A stretch of 64,000 nucleotides of DNA from Gekko japonicus (lineage: Eukaryota). Below the pieces are notes generated by a model that ran no database searches, was not told the DNA's origin, and saw only the letters and a list, made by a program, of their open reading frames with translations. The DNA lies in contig NW_015174861.1 in assembly GCF_001447785.1 (NCBI RefSeq), forward strand, positions 424,136 to 488,135. The letters are read 5' to 3'. Shown here in pieces: positions 1-11,000 of the stretch (its first letter is position 1; each line of letters opens with the position of its first letter). The translations under genes were made by a program, and so were the position numbers.

Positions 1-215
1 CAGCCCGGGGAGGGACGACTGCATCGAGAGCAGCAGCGCTGCAGCCGCTGGCCTTCTTGCGTGCGGTGCCGCGGCGAGGTTGGAAACGATGCAGAGTTTA
101 AACGTGAAACGCTTCCGCCTCTTGCCTCGATAACTACATGGGAAAAATAAAAGGTGCTGGAGCTCGGCTTGGTTGCCTGGGACGCTTTTCCCCCGTTCAC
201 GGAGAAGGGGTTGTT
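1..215. promoter_or_regulatory. Edge of a CpG island, probably the promoter/5' region of a gene lying off-window to the left (ADAP2 by vertebrate synteny)
   Basis: High GC and CpG density (gcggtgccgcggcgagg) against an AT-rich flank; gene identity is inferred from synteny only. Confidence 0.5.
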
Positions 216-230
216 TCGTTGGTTACCTAT

Positions 231-1350
231 TTCTTTTTTAAGATGTATTTTTACTTTTTAGAAAACAAAGGAAAGATGTGAAGGGGATACAGAAATGAAA
301 AATGGGTTGCCTATCGTGATGATGTATATAAAAATAATTATGTAACACAGGGTGTATAAAAGAAAAAATGTTTCTACGTTTCTCCCCAACACCCCCTTCA
401 TTATAATTGTTTAAACGCTATCTATAAAATATAGTAATACTTCTGGCTGGGGTACATTTATATTCAACATTTTGGATTTCAAATTCCATAACTGATCTGT
501 TTTACATTTACATTATTGATTTCATCTTTACTACAGATTCAGTATTATATATTTTTGCCACCTCCACCAACTCAGTGTAACTTTTAACAATAAGTAATAT
601 ATCAGAGTACAGAAAGAAAATCTGTAATATATCTCATAACTGGGTAGAGGATATATCTGCTCAGGATTAATTTCTTTATACATTTATATTCAATATGTTA
701 CCTTTAAAACTTATTCTTGTTCTGCTTCTACATTTCAATACATTTGTGTACACATTTTGAACTACTCATTCTAGATTTGTCTCCTGCTTGCATAATACTC
801 CATCTCTCCTCAAATTTCGTGATTGATATATTTATCAGATAAAGTGTTAATTTTGCCATTACTGCATATTTGGTGAGTTTATTTTCCCATTCTTCTAGGC
901 GGGGGCAAACCTCTAGTTTCCATTTTTGCTGTGTAGATAATTCTAACCACTGTCACCATGTATTTGAATATTTCTTCCAGAATTTTTGGTAATTTATTAG
1001 GCAGTATACCTAATAACATATTCTTAGTTTCCATAGGGAATTAAAATTTTAATACATTTTTCCATGTATTTCCTTCCAATTTTTTTTTTTTTGCCTTTTT
1101 TACAAGTCTACCACATATGAAAAAAGTTCCATCTGTGTCTTGGTATTTCCAGCATTTTTCTTTGTAGGTTTTGTCTGCTTTCTCAGTGTAATTTGGGGTT
1201 ATATACCATCTAAAAATATTTTGCACCAGTTTTCTCTTAATGCTTGGCTGGCTGTAAACTTGATTTCTTTTCCCCATAAGCATTCCCATTGATCCATAGG
1301 TATCAATTCTCTAAAATTCTGCATCCATTTGATCATACATTTTTTCACAG
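231..1350 (-). mobile_element. L1 LINE 3' fragment (decayed ORF2 C-terminus, 3' UTR, A-rich tail)
   Basis: Minus-strand frameshifted peptides such as IFRWYITP...CWKY..DGTFF resemble the L1 ORF2 C-terminal region; T-rich end on + near 231. Confidence 0.7.
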
Positions 1351-2436
1351 GCTGAGGGAGGTTCTGGGGTCAGGCTGCAGATGGGGGGGAGAGGAAAGCT
1401 CCTACCCTACCACAAATTTTGTTAGTCTTTAAGGTGCTACTGGACTCTCACAGAAACTTGGAGGGCAAGAAGCCCTGCACCATTGAGTCCTCTCTTCTTG
1501 TTCCCACTGCACACTTGGGAAAAGCAAAAACTTCTTTTTAAAGCTTCTAGCTCTGGTGATGGGGGGGGGGAGTGTGACATAGCTCCTTGCTTCAGCCAGG
1601 GGGTGTGGCTGTAATGGGGGGGGAGGAAGGGCAAGCACTACTTTGTCCTGTTGGATTCTGGCACACCCTTCCCTCCAGCCACCACATAGGAAGACCAGCT
1701 GGGGCAGGGGCCAGCCAGCATACATGAGGGTTTTTTAAAAAAATTATTTCAGTCCCCCCTCCCTGACTTTTTATAAGGCCTCCCAGTGTAAAAAATCCTG
1801 GCTACAGGCCTGATCCACAGTGGCAACAGAGCATGCAGAAGTTTTTGCCACACTTCCCTTGCCTTGTCAAAACAAACACCTGTCTTACCGTTTTTGTTGA
1901 GGAGTTGCCATGAGAAATGTGCAGCCTATACCTTTGTACCTTTCTTCTTATAACTCCACAACCAAAAGAGCTGGAGACTTAAAGTGAAACCTGGGAACTA
2001 GAACACTGTCACAATAGACCATTATAATGATATAACTATTATGTATTTTTGTAAAAAGCCCTCCGGTATACAGTGGGTGGGGTGGCCACTGCAGGGATCA
2101 AGGCAAGGCCAATGGTGCTGATGTGGGAGGAAGCTTAGTTTGTAAGTAGCCTTGGACAGGTTCCCCGGAGAGGTGGCACAAAAGATTTCTAAATAAATAT
2201 AAGAATCCTCAAGTGAGAATCAGCCATGGGCAACTTTAAGCTAAACAGAGCAATGGCCAGAGAAGAGGGTGCTGAGCACTTTTTGTTCTGGCTGTTTTTC
2301 TCCTCAAAATTGAACCTCTGTACTCCAGACTCCCCTGCCATTCCTCTGTTCAGCTTGCAAGCCATCACTTGATGTTGCAGCCATCCAGTGACAAATTCTC
2401 ATTTGCAAGCATGGTTCTGATGGAGAAGAAACATAC

Positions 2437-2823
2437 CTTGAGCTGACTCAGAAGACATCCAGCTGACAGTTTGAGATTCTGGGATCCCCTGGCTTCTTGA
2501 TCATCTCTGCAGAAGAGTTCCAACAGCTCCTGGCCATTTTCAGGCTCCCTTCCTTCTGCTCTTAGGCTCTCCTTAATCTGCTGGACAATTTCTGTTATGT
2601 TGGCCAGTGATCTGTTTTCCACCAGGTTATTCTGACACAACTCCTGCCTGCATGTGGGACAGGAGGCCTTGGCCCCTTTCTGCTTGCAGTGCTGTGTGAT
2701 GCATTCTTTGCAGAAGCTGTGAGAGCATTTTTTGACTGATACAGGGTGCTTAAAATATTCCAGACAAAGGCAACAGCTCAGTTCATCTTGCAGATTTTTA
2801 AAAGGATCTGCTGCAGTAGCCAT
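2437..2823 (-). CDS. First coding exon of a TRIM-like (TRIM7/27/39-type) C3HC4 RING E3 ligase with a degenerate B-box
   Basis: Strong Kozak (accATGG); RING C-x2-C...C-x-H-x2-C-x2-C...C-x2-C; TRIM linker NRSLANITE; B-box remnant ELLELFCRDDQE; phase-0 donor AAG|gtatgt at 2437/2436. Confidence 0.8.
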
Positions 2824-2850
2824 GGTCTCCGGGAGACCGAGATCCAGATG

Positions 2851-2866
2851 ACTTTCAGTTTCTTTT
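2851..2866 (-). promoter_or_regulatory. ISRE/IRF-type element (GAAACTGAAAGT) just upstream of the RING gene ATG, with a GC box at about 2901-2913
   Basis: The + strand reads actttcagtttctttt, matching the GAAANNGAAA consensus on the minus strand. Confidence 0.55.
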
Positions 2867-3116
2867 ATTTTGTTTTAGAAATGTTTCCGTATTTGGAACA
2901 GGGGAGGCGGGGTTTGTTTTTCTGACCCTCTGATGCCTTAAGACTGCCATGAGAGTAAGCCAGCTGTGTTTCTTTAATGAACAAATAAACATATTTCTTA
3001 AAAGATACATGCATGTGCACGCTTCACAACCAGAGGCTTCTGGCAGTGGTAACTTTAGCTTATAAGCAGATTGGAACAAAGTTGTTTTCAGGCTCTGCGA
3101 GAGCAGGGTCACCGAG

Positions 3117-3367
3117 CATTCTAGATATTTGGAAGATGCGTTTCCTTTGACTTCAGTTTGCGGGCTGTGTGAGTGGAACCTGATTTCAGCATTTCAGCAG
3201 ACCACAAGGCTCATAGTATGAGGAGTGAATCATAGGTTCTCAAGGATACAGACGAAGATGCATGCCAATTTAAAGCTCAACAGGGAGATTGCTGAAATTA
3301 GGTTCCATTCACACAGCCGGCAAACTGAAGAAGTCAAAGGAAACGCATCTTCCAAATATCTAGAATG
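3117..3367. repeat. Long inverted repeat: ~75-bp arms (3117-3191 and 3290-3367) with a ~100-bp spacer
   Basis: Arms are reverse complements apart from 3 substitutions and one 3-nt indel. Confidence 0.9.
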
Positions 3368-3639
3368 GGCGTCTTTGCAAAGGCTGTTTGAAATATGTTA
3401 TGACTATGTGGACTCAAGTTACACTGAATACATGGACTTTATGTCTTTATCTTCAAATGAGGAAATATTGTATCTTATGCCTTAATATAGTTACAGTATG
3501 CATAAACGTTGTTGTTGTGACACCACCAACTTTATAATTGTTTAAATATATTGTTTTGGCAATTTTGATGGTGTTTTCTACTAGTGGAATTTGTATATTT
3601 GGGATTCCTGTAACACTAGTCTTTTTCCCTTGTTTGGAT

Positions 3640-3985
3640 TTACAACCTTTTCAGTTGGCATTCAGTCTCCAACAACAATGCCAAACTACTTCTCTGAGAT
3701 AATTCTTCCAAAGTATAGAAGGCATTCACACTGGCACACCTCAATGCCCTACTTTCAGCTGTGATGTCAGGAAAATTTTGAGGCAGCAGTAATATTGACT
3801 CTGTGGATCATATTCTGCTTGAGTGTCCCAAATTTTCAGCTCTAAGAGATGAACTGATCTCCCCCTTTAAGCAGGATTTCCTTTCTCCAGAAGCAAAATC
3901 ATCCTGGTTACTTAGAGATGAAAACAAACAAACTACTTGCGTGTAGTAAAATTTCTAGCAGCTGTTGTCAAATCACATGACAACT
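3640..3985 (+). mobile_element. Decayed LINE 3' end (RTE-X-like)
   Basis: Degenerate translation PNYFSEIILPKYR.AFTLAHLNALLSAV...IDSVDHILLECPKFSALRDELI resembles a non-LTR ORF2 C-terminus. Confidence 0.5.
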
Positions 3986-4249
3986 TTTGCAGTAGCAGCC
4001 TTTAAATTCTTCTTTGATTTCCTGTGGAAAGAGGCTTGTGGGATGAGGGTTTGAAGTTTATGACTCTGGCTGCAAAAACAGTAAAGACAATAAATAAATA
4101 TTGCACTGGGGGGAGAGAGATGTGAGCCAAGTCTGAGTGACTGTCGTTCATTTTTAATACCTCCACATTGCATGTTGGGGTGGGGAGATTTCCCTTGAAC
4201 TATTTATTTGTTTCATTTATACCCTACCTTTCCCCCCCAATGGGGACCC

Positions 4250-5100
4250 AAAGTTGCCGCCTCTGCCTCTGTTGCTGAGAACGATCCAAAGACTCATGAG
4301 GGTCTGTACGAGGTGCATCCTGATTGTCCCCTGGTGGCCGAGGCAACCTTGGTTCGCCAATCTCCTCTCACTAGCCAAGGCACGCCTTCCCCTCCCACAG
4401 GTGCCAGATCTGCTCCTGGCAGAGGGAGGAGCCCTCCTATTCCACGAGGTACACAAGCTCAAGTTAACAGCTTATCTCATGGACACTTAACTTTCTCTGA
4501 CAGAATCAACACTGTGCTACTCAATGCCAGGAAAGATTCTACGCGACGTTCCTCCAGTGGGAAGTGGGCCCGCTTCTTAGCCTCCATACAGCCCTCTGAC
4601 GTTCCCCTGGCTTCTGTCAGGATTGACCAGGTCCTAAACTTTCTGCTCTCACTGGCAGAGAAGGGACTCTTGCACTTCTCACTCAAAGTGTATTTGTCAG
4701 CAATTTCGGCCTACCATCAGGGCTTCGATGGTTTTTCCGTTTTCTCTCACTCAGTCTCTAAGAGATTTATGAAGGGTCTCCTCCACCTGTATCCACCAAT
4801 CCGCTCACCGGTACCCTTGTGGGATCTACCGCTGGTGCTCCGCCATCTCATGGGGTGACCCTTTGAGTCTATGGCGACTTGCGAGCTAAAGCATGCAGCA
4901 TGGAAAACTGCCTTTCTCGTCGCCATCACCTCGGCCAGGAGGGTGGGCGAACTCGTGGCTCTACGCCATGACCCACCGTTTCTTGTATTCCTGCCAGACG
5001 GTGTGATACTGGTCCCTGACATATCTTTTCTGCCTAAGGTGGTCTCCTCAGAGCGAGTCTCCAGCTGACTCTCTTGCCTGCACCAGAGCAAAACAAATGT
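4250..5100 (+). mobile_element. DIRS-type retrotransposon fragment (methyltransferase-like end overlapping the tyrosine recombinase), inactivated
   Basis: PPLPLL...ILIVPWWPRQPWF precedes an overlapping YR frame with YLSAISAYH, WDLPLVL and TAFLVAITSARRVGEL; in-frame TGA at 4856-4858. Confidence 0.85.
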
Positions 5101-5436
5101 GCCTGCCTATGCGCTGGCTCTACCCACACCACCTCTGGCTCTACCCACACCAGTCTCCCTCCCCTTGTTCAAAATAGAAATTGAGATCTCCCCCCACATA
5201 TGGTTGCATGGCAGCCTGCTGGCCCTTTCCCCACCATTTTTCCTCTGATCAGGGCACTTGCACTCACAATTTCCTCCTCTCCCTTTGCACTAGGATCCTT
5301 GACTTCTGCACCTCTGATTGCCCATCCCCTCAGGCTTGGCATCACCAGCTGGCCTTGCTCTGCCTGTCCCTCATCTTGGTTTTCCAACTTTCCGTCCCCC
5401 TTGTGTGCTAGGCAGTCCCCCCTTTGTACTTTGGAC

Positions 5437-6093
5437 TTTGTTGTTGTTCAGTCGCATAGTCGAGTCCGACTCTTCGTGACCCCATGGACCAGCTCCCGCC
5501 AGGCTCTCCTGTCTTCCGCCGTCCTCCGAAGTTGGCTCAATTTCATGTTCGTTGCATCGATGACACTGTCTAACCATCTCATCCTTTGCCGTCCCCGTCT
5601 TCTTTGGCCTTCAATCTTTCCCAGCATCAGGGTCTTCTCCAGGGAGTGCTCCCTTCTCATTTGGTGGCCAAAGTATTTGAGCTTCATTTTCATTATCTGG
5701 CCTTCCAGGGAACAGTCAGGGTTGATTTCTTTTAGGATTGACTGATTTGATCTTTTTGCAGTCCAAGGGACTCTCAAGAGTCTTCTCCAGCACCATAGTT
5801 CAAAAGAATCTATTCTTCTGCGCTCGGCCTTCCTTATAGTCCAACTCTCGCAGCCATACATGACTACTGGGAATACCATTGCTTTGACCATGCGGACTTT
5901 TGTTGGCAGGGTGATGTCTCTACTTTTTATCATGCTGTTTAGGTTCGCCATCGCTTTCCTCCCAAGGAGCAGGCGTCTTTTAATTTCATGGCTGCTGTCA
6001 CAGTCTGTGGTGATCTGGGATCCCAGGAACGTGAAGTCTGTCACTACTTCCACGACTTCCCCTTCTATTTGCCAAGGAGTGATGGGGCCGGAT
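5437..6093 (-). mobile_element. BovB (RTE) LINE, 5'-truncated, young
   Basis: Uninterrupted 201-aa RT C-terminus (VVTDFTFLGSQI...YGCESWT...WRELVHGVTKSRTRL) and a (CAA)n tail. Confidence 0.95.
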
Positions 6094-6099
6094 TTTTTG

Positions 6100-7270
6100 C
6101 AATCTTATATTGCAAAAAACATAAATACTGACAATAAAACTTTCTTCAAATACATTAGAAGCAGGAAACCAGCCAGGGAGGCAGCGGGGTCCTTGGATGA
6201 CCAAGGGGTAAAAGGAGTACTGAAGGATGATAGGGAAATGGCTGAGAAGCTAAATACATTTTTTGCCTCTGTCTTCACTGTGGAAGATGAGAAGTGCTTG
6301 CCCACTCCAGAACCACTGATTTTGGCAGGGGTGTTGAAAGACCTGAGTCAGATTGAGGTGATGAGAGAGGAGGTCCTACAACTGATAGACAACTTAAAAA
6401 CTGATAAATCACCAGGCCTGGATGGCATACATCCGAGAGTTCTGAAAGAACTCAGATGTGAACTTGTGGATCTCCTGACAAAAATATGTAATCTTTCATT
6501 AAAATCTGCCTCCATTCCTGAGGACTGGAAGGTAGCTAATGTCACTCCCATCTTTAAAAAGGGTTCCAGGGGAGATCTGGGAAATTACAGGCCAGTCAGT
6601 CTGACTTCGTTACCGGGTAAGTTGGTGTAAACTATTATTAAAGAAAGAATTAACAGGCACATAGATGAACAAAAACTATTGAGGCAGACTCAGCATGGGT
6701 TCTGTAAGGGAAGATCTTGTCTCACTAACCTGTTAGTGTTCTTTGAGGGAGTGAACAAACATGTGGACAAGGGAGACCCAATAGATGTTGTTTACCTTGA
6801 CTTCCAGAAAGCTTTTGATAAAGTTCCTCATCAAAGGCTCCTTAGTAAGCTCAATAGTCATGGGATAAAAGGACAAGCCCTTCTATGGATCAAAAACTGG
6901 CTGATTAATAGGAAACAGAGTGAGTACTTCTTCACCCAAAGAGTGATTAACACATGGAATTCACTGCCACAGGAAGTAGTGGCGGCTACAAGCATGGACA
7001 GCTTCAAGAAGGAACCGGATAAACATATGGAGCAGAGGTCCATCAGTGGCTATTAGCCACAAGGTATAGATAGGAATTCACAGGCTGGGGCAGGTGATGC
7101 TCTGTATTCTTGGTGCTGGGGGGGCAACAGTGGGATGGCTTCTAGTGTCCTGGCCCCACTGATGGACCTCCTGATGGCACCTGGTATTTTTGGCCACTGT
7201 GTGACAGTGTTGTACTAGATGAGGCATTGGCCTGATCCAACATTGGCTTCTCTCATGTTCTTATGTTCTT
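6100..7270 (+). mobile_element. CR1 LINE, 5'-truncated with an internal deletion
   Basis: KSPGLDGIHPRVLKEL, NYRPVSLTS, QHGFCKGRSCLTNL, YLDFQKAFDKVPH, FFTQRVINTWNSLP; CR1 3' UTR ending in atgttcttatgttctt; stop at 6628-6630. Confidence 0.95.
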
Positions 7271-7659
7271 TAACTAAGGATGTGCGGTGTCTAAATCATG
7301 TGAAATTCTTACAGTACATGTTGGAAAGATAGCACTATGCATGCACATACATTACCTCAAACTGCAGCAAAGGTCAACCCCGTTCAAGACTCCTACCCCA
7401 ACCAAAACCAGCACTGTTGAATCTGAATGTATTCCTTCTAGCAGTGTACAATGGAGATCTCTCAAATCAAATAAATATTAAACAATGTGTCTAGTCTTAT
7501 GCTAGAACACACATGCTATTTCAGTTATGATGCGGACAAGCATTTTTATTTTTTATATTTTCTTGCACAATGAAAATAAATGGCTTCAAAATGGAGATAG
7601 CAAATAAAACGGGTCTGAGTTACTCTGATCTCGCCTCTCTCTTTGTAAGCACTAGAAGG

Positions 7660-7757
7660 AAAAGACCTAGAATCGAGTCCACTAGCACCTTCGAGACCAA
7701 CAAGATTTTCAGAGTATCAGCTTTCGAGAGAGTCAAAGCTCCCTTCTTCAGACAGAA
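7660..7757 (-). mobile_element. Penelope-like terminal fragment with a degenerate hammerhead ribozyme core
   Basis: Minus strand CUGAAGA-agggag...cucuc-GAAAGCUG-AUAC followed by the same tail seen in other copies in this window. Confidence 0.65.
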
Positions 7758-7854
7758 GTAAAACACTTTAATACAGAAAGGGTTCCTACCGATCAAACTG
7801 AAAACAGCAACTGTTTTTTCCCCCTAAAGACCACTGGAGGGAGCTCTCGTTCTT

Positions 7855-7900
7855 ACAACCCGGAACTATTCTTCCTAGTTCCGAATGCCGGAATCTTGTG
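7855..7900 (+). promoter_or_regulatory. TEFM promoter with clustered ETS/GABP-type CGGAA motifs
   Basis: cggaacta/tagttccg inverted pair (7861-7883) plus ccggaat in a CpG-rich patch 70-110 bp upstream of the ATG. Confidence 0.55.
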
Positions 7901-7967
7901 TTCGAGGATGCATAAATAAGACAAGGGGGACAGCAAAAAGTGTTGCGCGGCATAGAAAAGGGCGAAG

Positions 7968-8004
7968 ATGAGCGTCAAAGGGCTTGTCGGTCTCATACAA
8001 AGAG
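7968..8004 (+). CDS. TEFM: TEFM exon 1
   Basis: MSVKGLVGLIQR, phase-1 donor G|gtaggg matching the exon 2 phase. Confidence 0.75.
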
Positions 8005-11000
8005 GTAGGGTGGTATTGTGTTTGTACCTTAGGTGCGAGGGAACTTTTCCCCCCTTCCTCCCTTTTGCCACTGTCAGAAAGACGTGCATTTATGGTAGTA
8101 CAATGGTACAAAGTTGGTGCCCCCTCGTTAAAAGACGGAGGAAAGAAAGGGCTCGTGTTAAAGATCGACGAATGTTCAGTAGAAGCCATAACCTAGAAAT
8201 CTGTTTGATCATGTCTTTTAAAGAAGGCGTTACCCAGGTAGCTGACCTTGGAACATCTGGTATTACTTGTGAACTCGTGCTACTAAGAACGTGTCTGGTA
8301 GTAACCCAAACAACAAATGAGGACACGTGCTCTCTTCTGCATTACATGGTGGCTGGAAAGCGTCACTTCTTATGAAAGTTAGCATACGGGTTCCACGTGT
8401 TGGGTGCACATCGTCCGTGTTATTTCAGTCCCGTGTCTAGGTGATAGGCATGAGGCGCTCAGTGCAGCACTGAGAGCGGCTGGGTGTGATTCCCAGAAGT
8501 ACAAAAAAATCCTGCCCTAGATGAACTGGGTACTAGCTACAGCACCCTGTTGCTTGTTCATATCTCAGTTTATCTAGGACAGTTGGGCAGAGATTTTCAT
8601 ACTTCTGGGAAACCCGGGGGGAGAGGGGTGTTCCAAAAGTAGCTCTTCAGTGATAAGATCAGTCAGTGTTGGTGGATGTTTCCCTTAAAAGCATTGACTA
8701 CCATCACTGATTTTCCTCTGCACTTTCAGTTGAAGGGAAGTATTAGGTGCATTTACTCAGGCCTCCTTGTAACTGTCTGAACCAACAGGCCTGGCCAATG
8801 CTCTTCATGACCTGAGGAAATGCCCTTGAATATATCTCAGCATCCTCTGCAATACTTATGGCTTCCATAGCAAAAAATTTTTTAAAAAATGCAGCAGTTC
8901 CCTGGCAGACAAGTTGTTCTGGAAAGGTAATTGGATCAGTAAAAGATTCTTTTTTAACTCCTGCTGTTGCAATGCGGGCTTATGGGTGGAGCAGGCCCAA
9001 AGCATGTACTGAGACAATACATCTGATCTCCCAAATAAAGCTACAATATTTCACATTTATACATAGTTTTCTTGAGTACTGAAAGTGGTTCATGTACAGT
9101 TGTCAGGATTAGAGTTGATTTCAAAACACAGGCTAGTGTCATTGCCTGTCATGAGTTCTCAATGCTGATAAGTTACCTGCTGATGATTATTGTTTGACAA
9201 GGTAGTGTGGACAGGATAGTTATTATTACTTCAGGCAAATAAAATGGCAGACAGTACAGAAAGTTTTCTCAGATCCCAGTCTGAATCATGTTCCTACCTG
9301 TGCTGTTATTAACTTGAGCAGAAGGGAGAAGTTTGGTAGATGTAGCTTCTTCCATCTCCAGAGGACTGTGATGGAAGAGGGTTTATTGGCTAATTTACTG
9401 TTAGAAAGAATATGGAGAATTTAAAGATTAACAGACACTATGAAAGATTCAGAGATTAGTTTAAAGGAATTCTTCTGACAGTAAAACTGTGTTGCTTGAT
9501 CTTTGATAATTTTCTGCGTGAACTGATATGTGGGATTCAGTGGATGTCTTAACTGTTTGTTACTGGCAACAAGTACTGGCAACTGCATGTGATTGGCATC
9601 TGATTTTTCCCCCCTAGGTAGAAAAGGTTTTCTCCAGCTGCCTTTAGGTTCATCTCGGCTGCAACCATTGTATCTTCTGTGGTGTCAGAAGTCAACATCT
9701 GTTGCACAGCACGACTCAGCTGATTCTTCATCTGTTCCTGAGAACTTTAGGGAACCTAAACCATCAATAGATGATTTGTATTCCTCTGAGCAGAAGTCTG
9801 CTGTTCTACAGCAACTCAATTTGGCAACTGTTGAAGAACTTTCTGCTATGAAACTCTTGCGAGGAAGAAAGTCCATTAATGTAATAGAGTACAGAAATAA
9901 GCATGGGCCATTTCAGGATTTACAGAGTTTACTGGGAGTACCTCTTTTTCAATATAAAACCGCTGTTAAAGTGTGTGACTTTATTCTTAACCCCCTTGCA
10001 AAAGAAGAAAGGAAGGAGAGGAAAACTGTATCCATAACGAAATTTATCAAGCCAGAAATAGAAAGTGAGAAATTGAAGGTATTCTTTAAGAACAGTGCCT
10101 TTTTCATATAACAAATATTAAGGCTGCAGTCCTTTGCATGTATGGGAGAAAGTCCTATTGAACTCACTAGGACTTACTTCAGAGAAAATGGGATTGGGTT
10201 GCAGAGCTTTTAATGCATTATTAGTTAGGTTGATCTGTCCAGCAAGGTTACATTCGATGGCTAGGATTCAAAGAGAACAGGCATGCACAATACAATTTTT
10301 GATGTAATTATTAAACCTCCAATGCTGTATCAAAAACTGCTTTTGAAACTCCCTGCCTTTTCAAAAGCAGCATGCCATGCATAGAGTGACTGCTGTTTGA
10401 AAAAAACCCCTCCCTCAGCAGAATTAGTAATGAAGCTGTTTGTGTCCAGTCCAGTGGATACTTTTATGAGAAACATCATTCTGGCAGCCTGATTCTGTCT
10501 AGAGTGCAGGAGCAAATGCCTGTGTAAGTAGGTCTTGCAATGTTTGTCATAGTAGACCAATCAAACCAGTGGGGCCCTTCTTGCATAGTCTCTCAGTACA
10601 TAGACTCTGTCTCTCTTTAAAGGTTAAATGCAAAGTGTTGGGAAGATATATAAGCCTGTGTCTTGTCGCATGTATAACTATACATCTAGGTCACAATTAG
10701 TTTAGTGTTTATAAACTTCCTAGACTAATCCAAATTCTGTATTTTAGGTATGTCTTCTTGAGTTTTGTGCCTCTAATTCTGGGAAGTTTCATGACTGGTA
10801 GCAAGTAGGATGGAGTCCTTTTTGAATGCATACTGAGCCTTTCCCATAATCTCTTTCAGAGTGCCAACAGCATTGTGTCTGTTGTTTTTGGCACACGCAG
10901 AATTGCATGGGCTCATGTTAACAGACATTTAACTATTCATGACTGGCAACAGCACGACTGCACAATGTTTATGAAAGGAACCTACATGCCGTCGGTTTAT

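Noticed and set aside
1888-1990. Possible second exon of the RING gene (donor ACG|gtaaga)
   Set aside because: Both candidate acceptors give early in-frame stops and no coiled-coil similarity.
5860-6630. 256-aa ORF resembling a novel RT fusion
   Set aside because: Chance read-through from antisense BovB into the CR1 ORF2 frame; no promoter or splice support.
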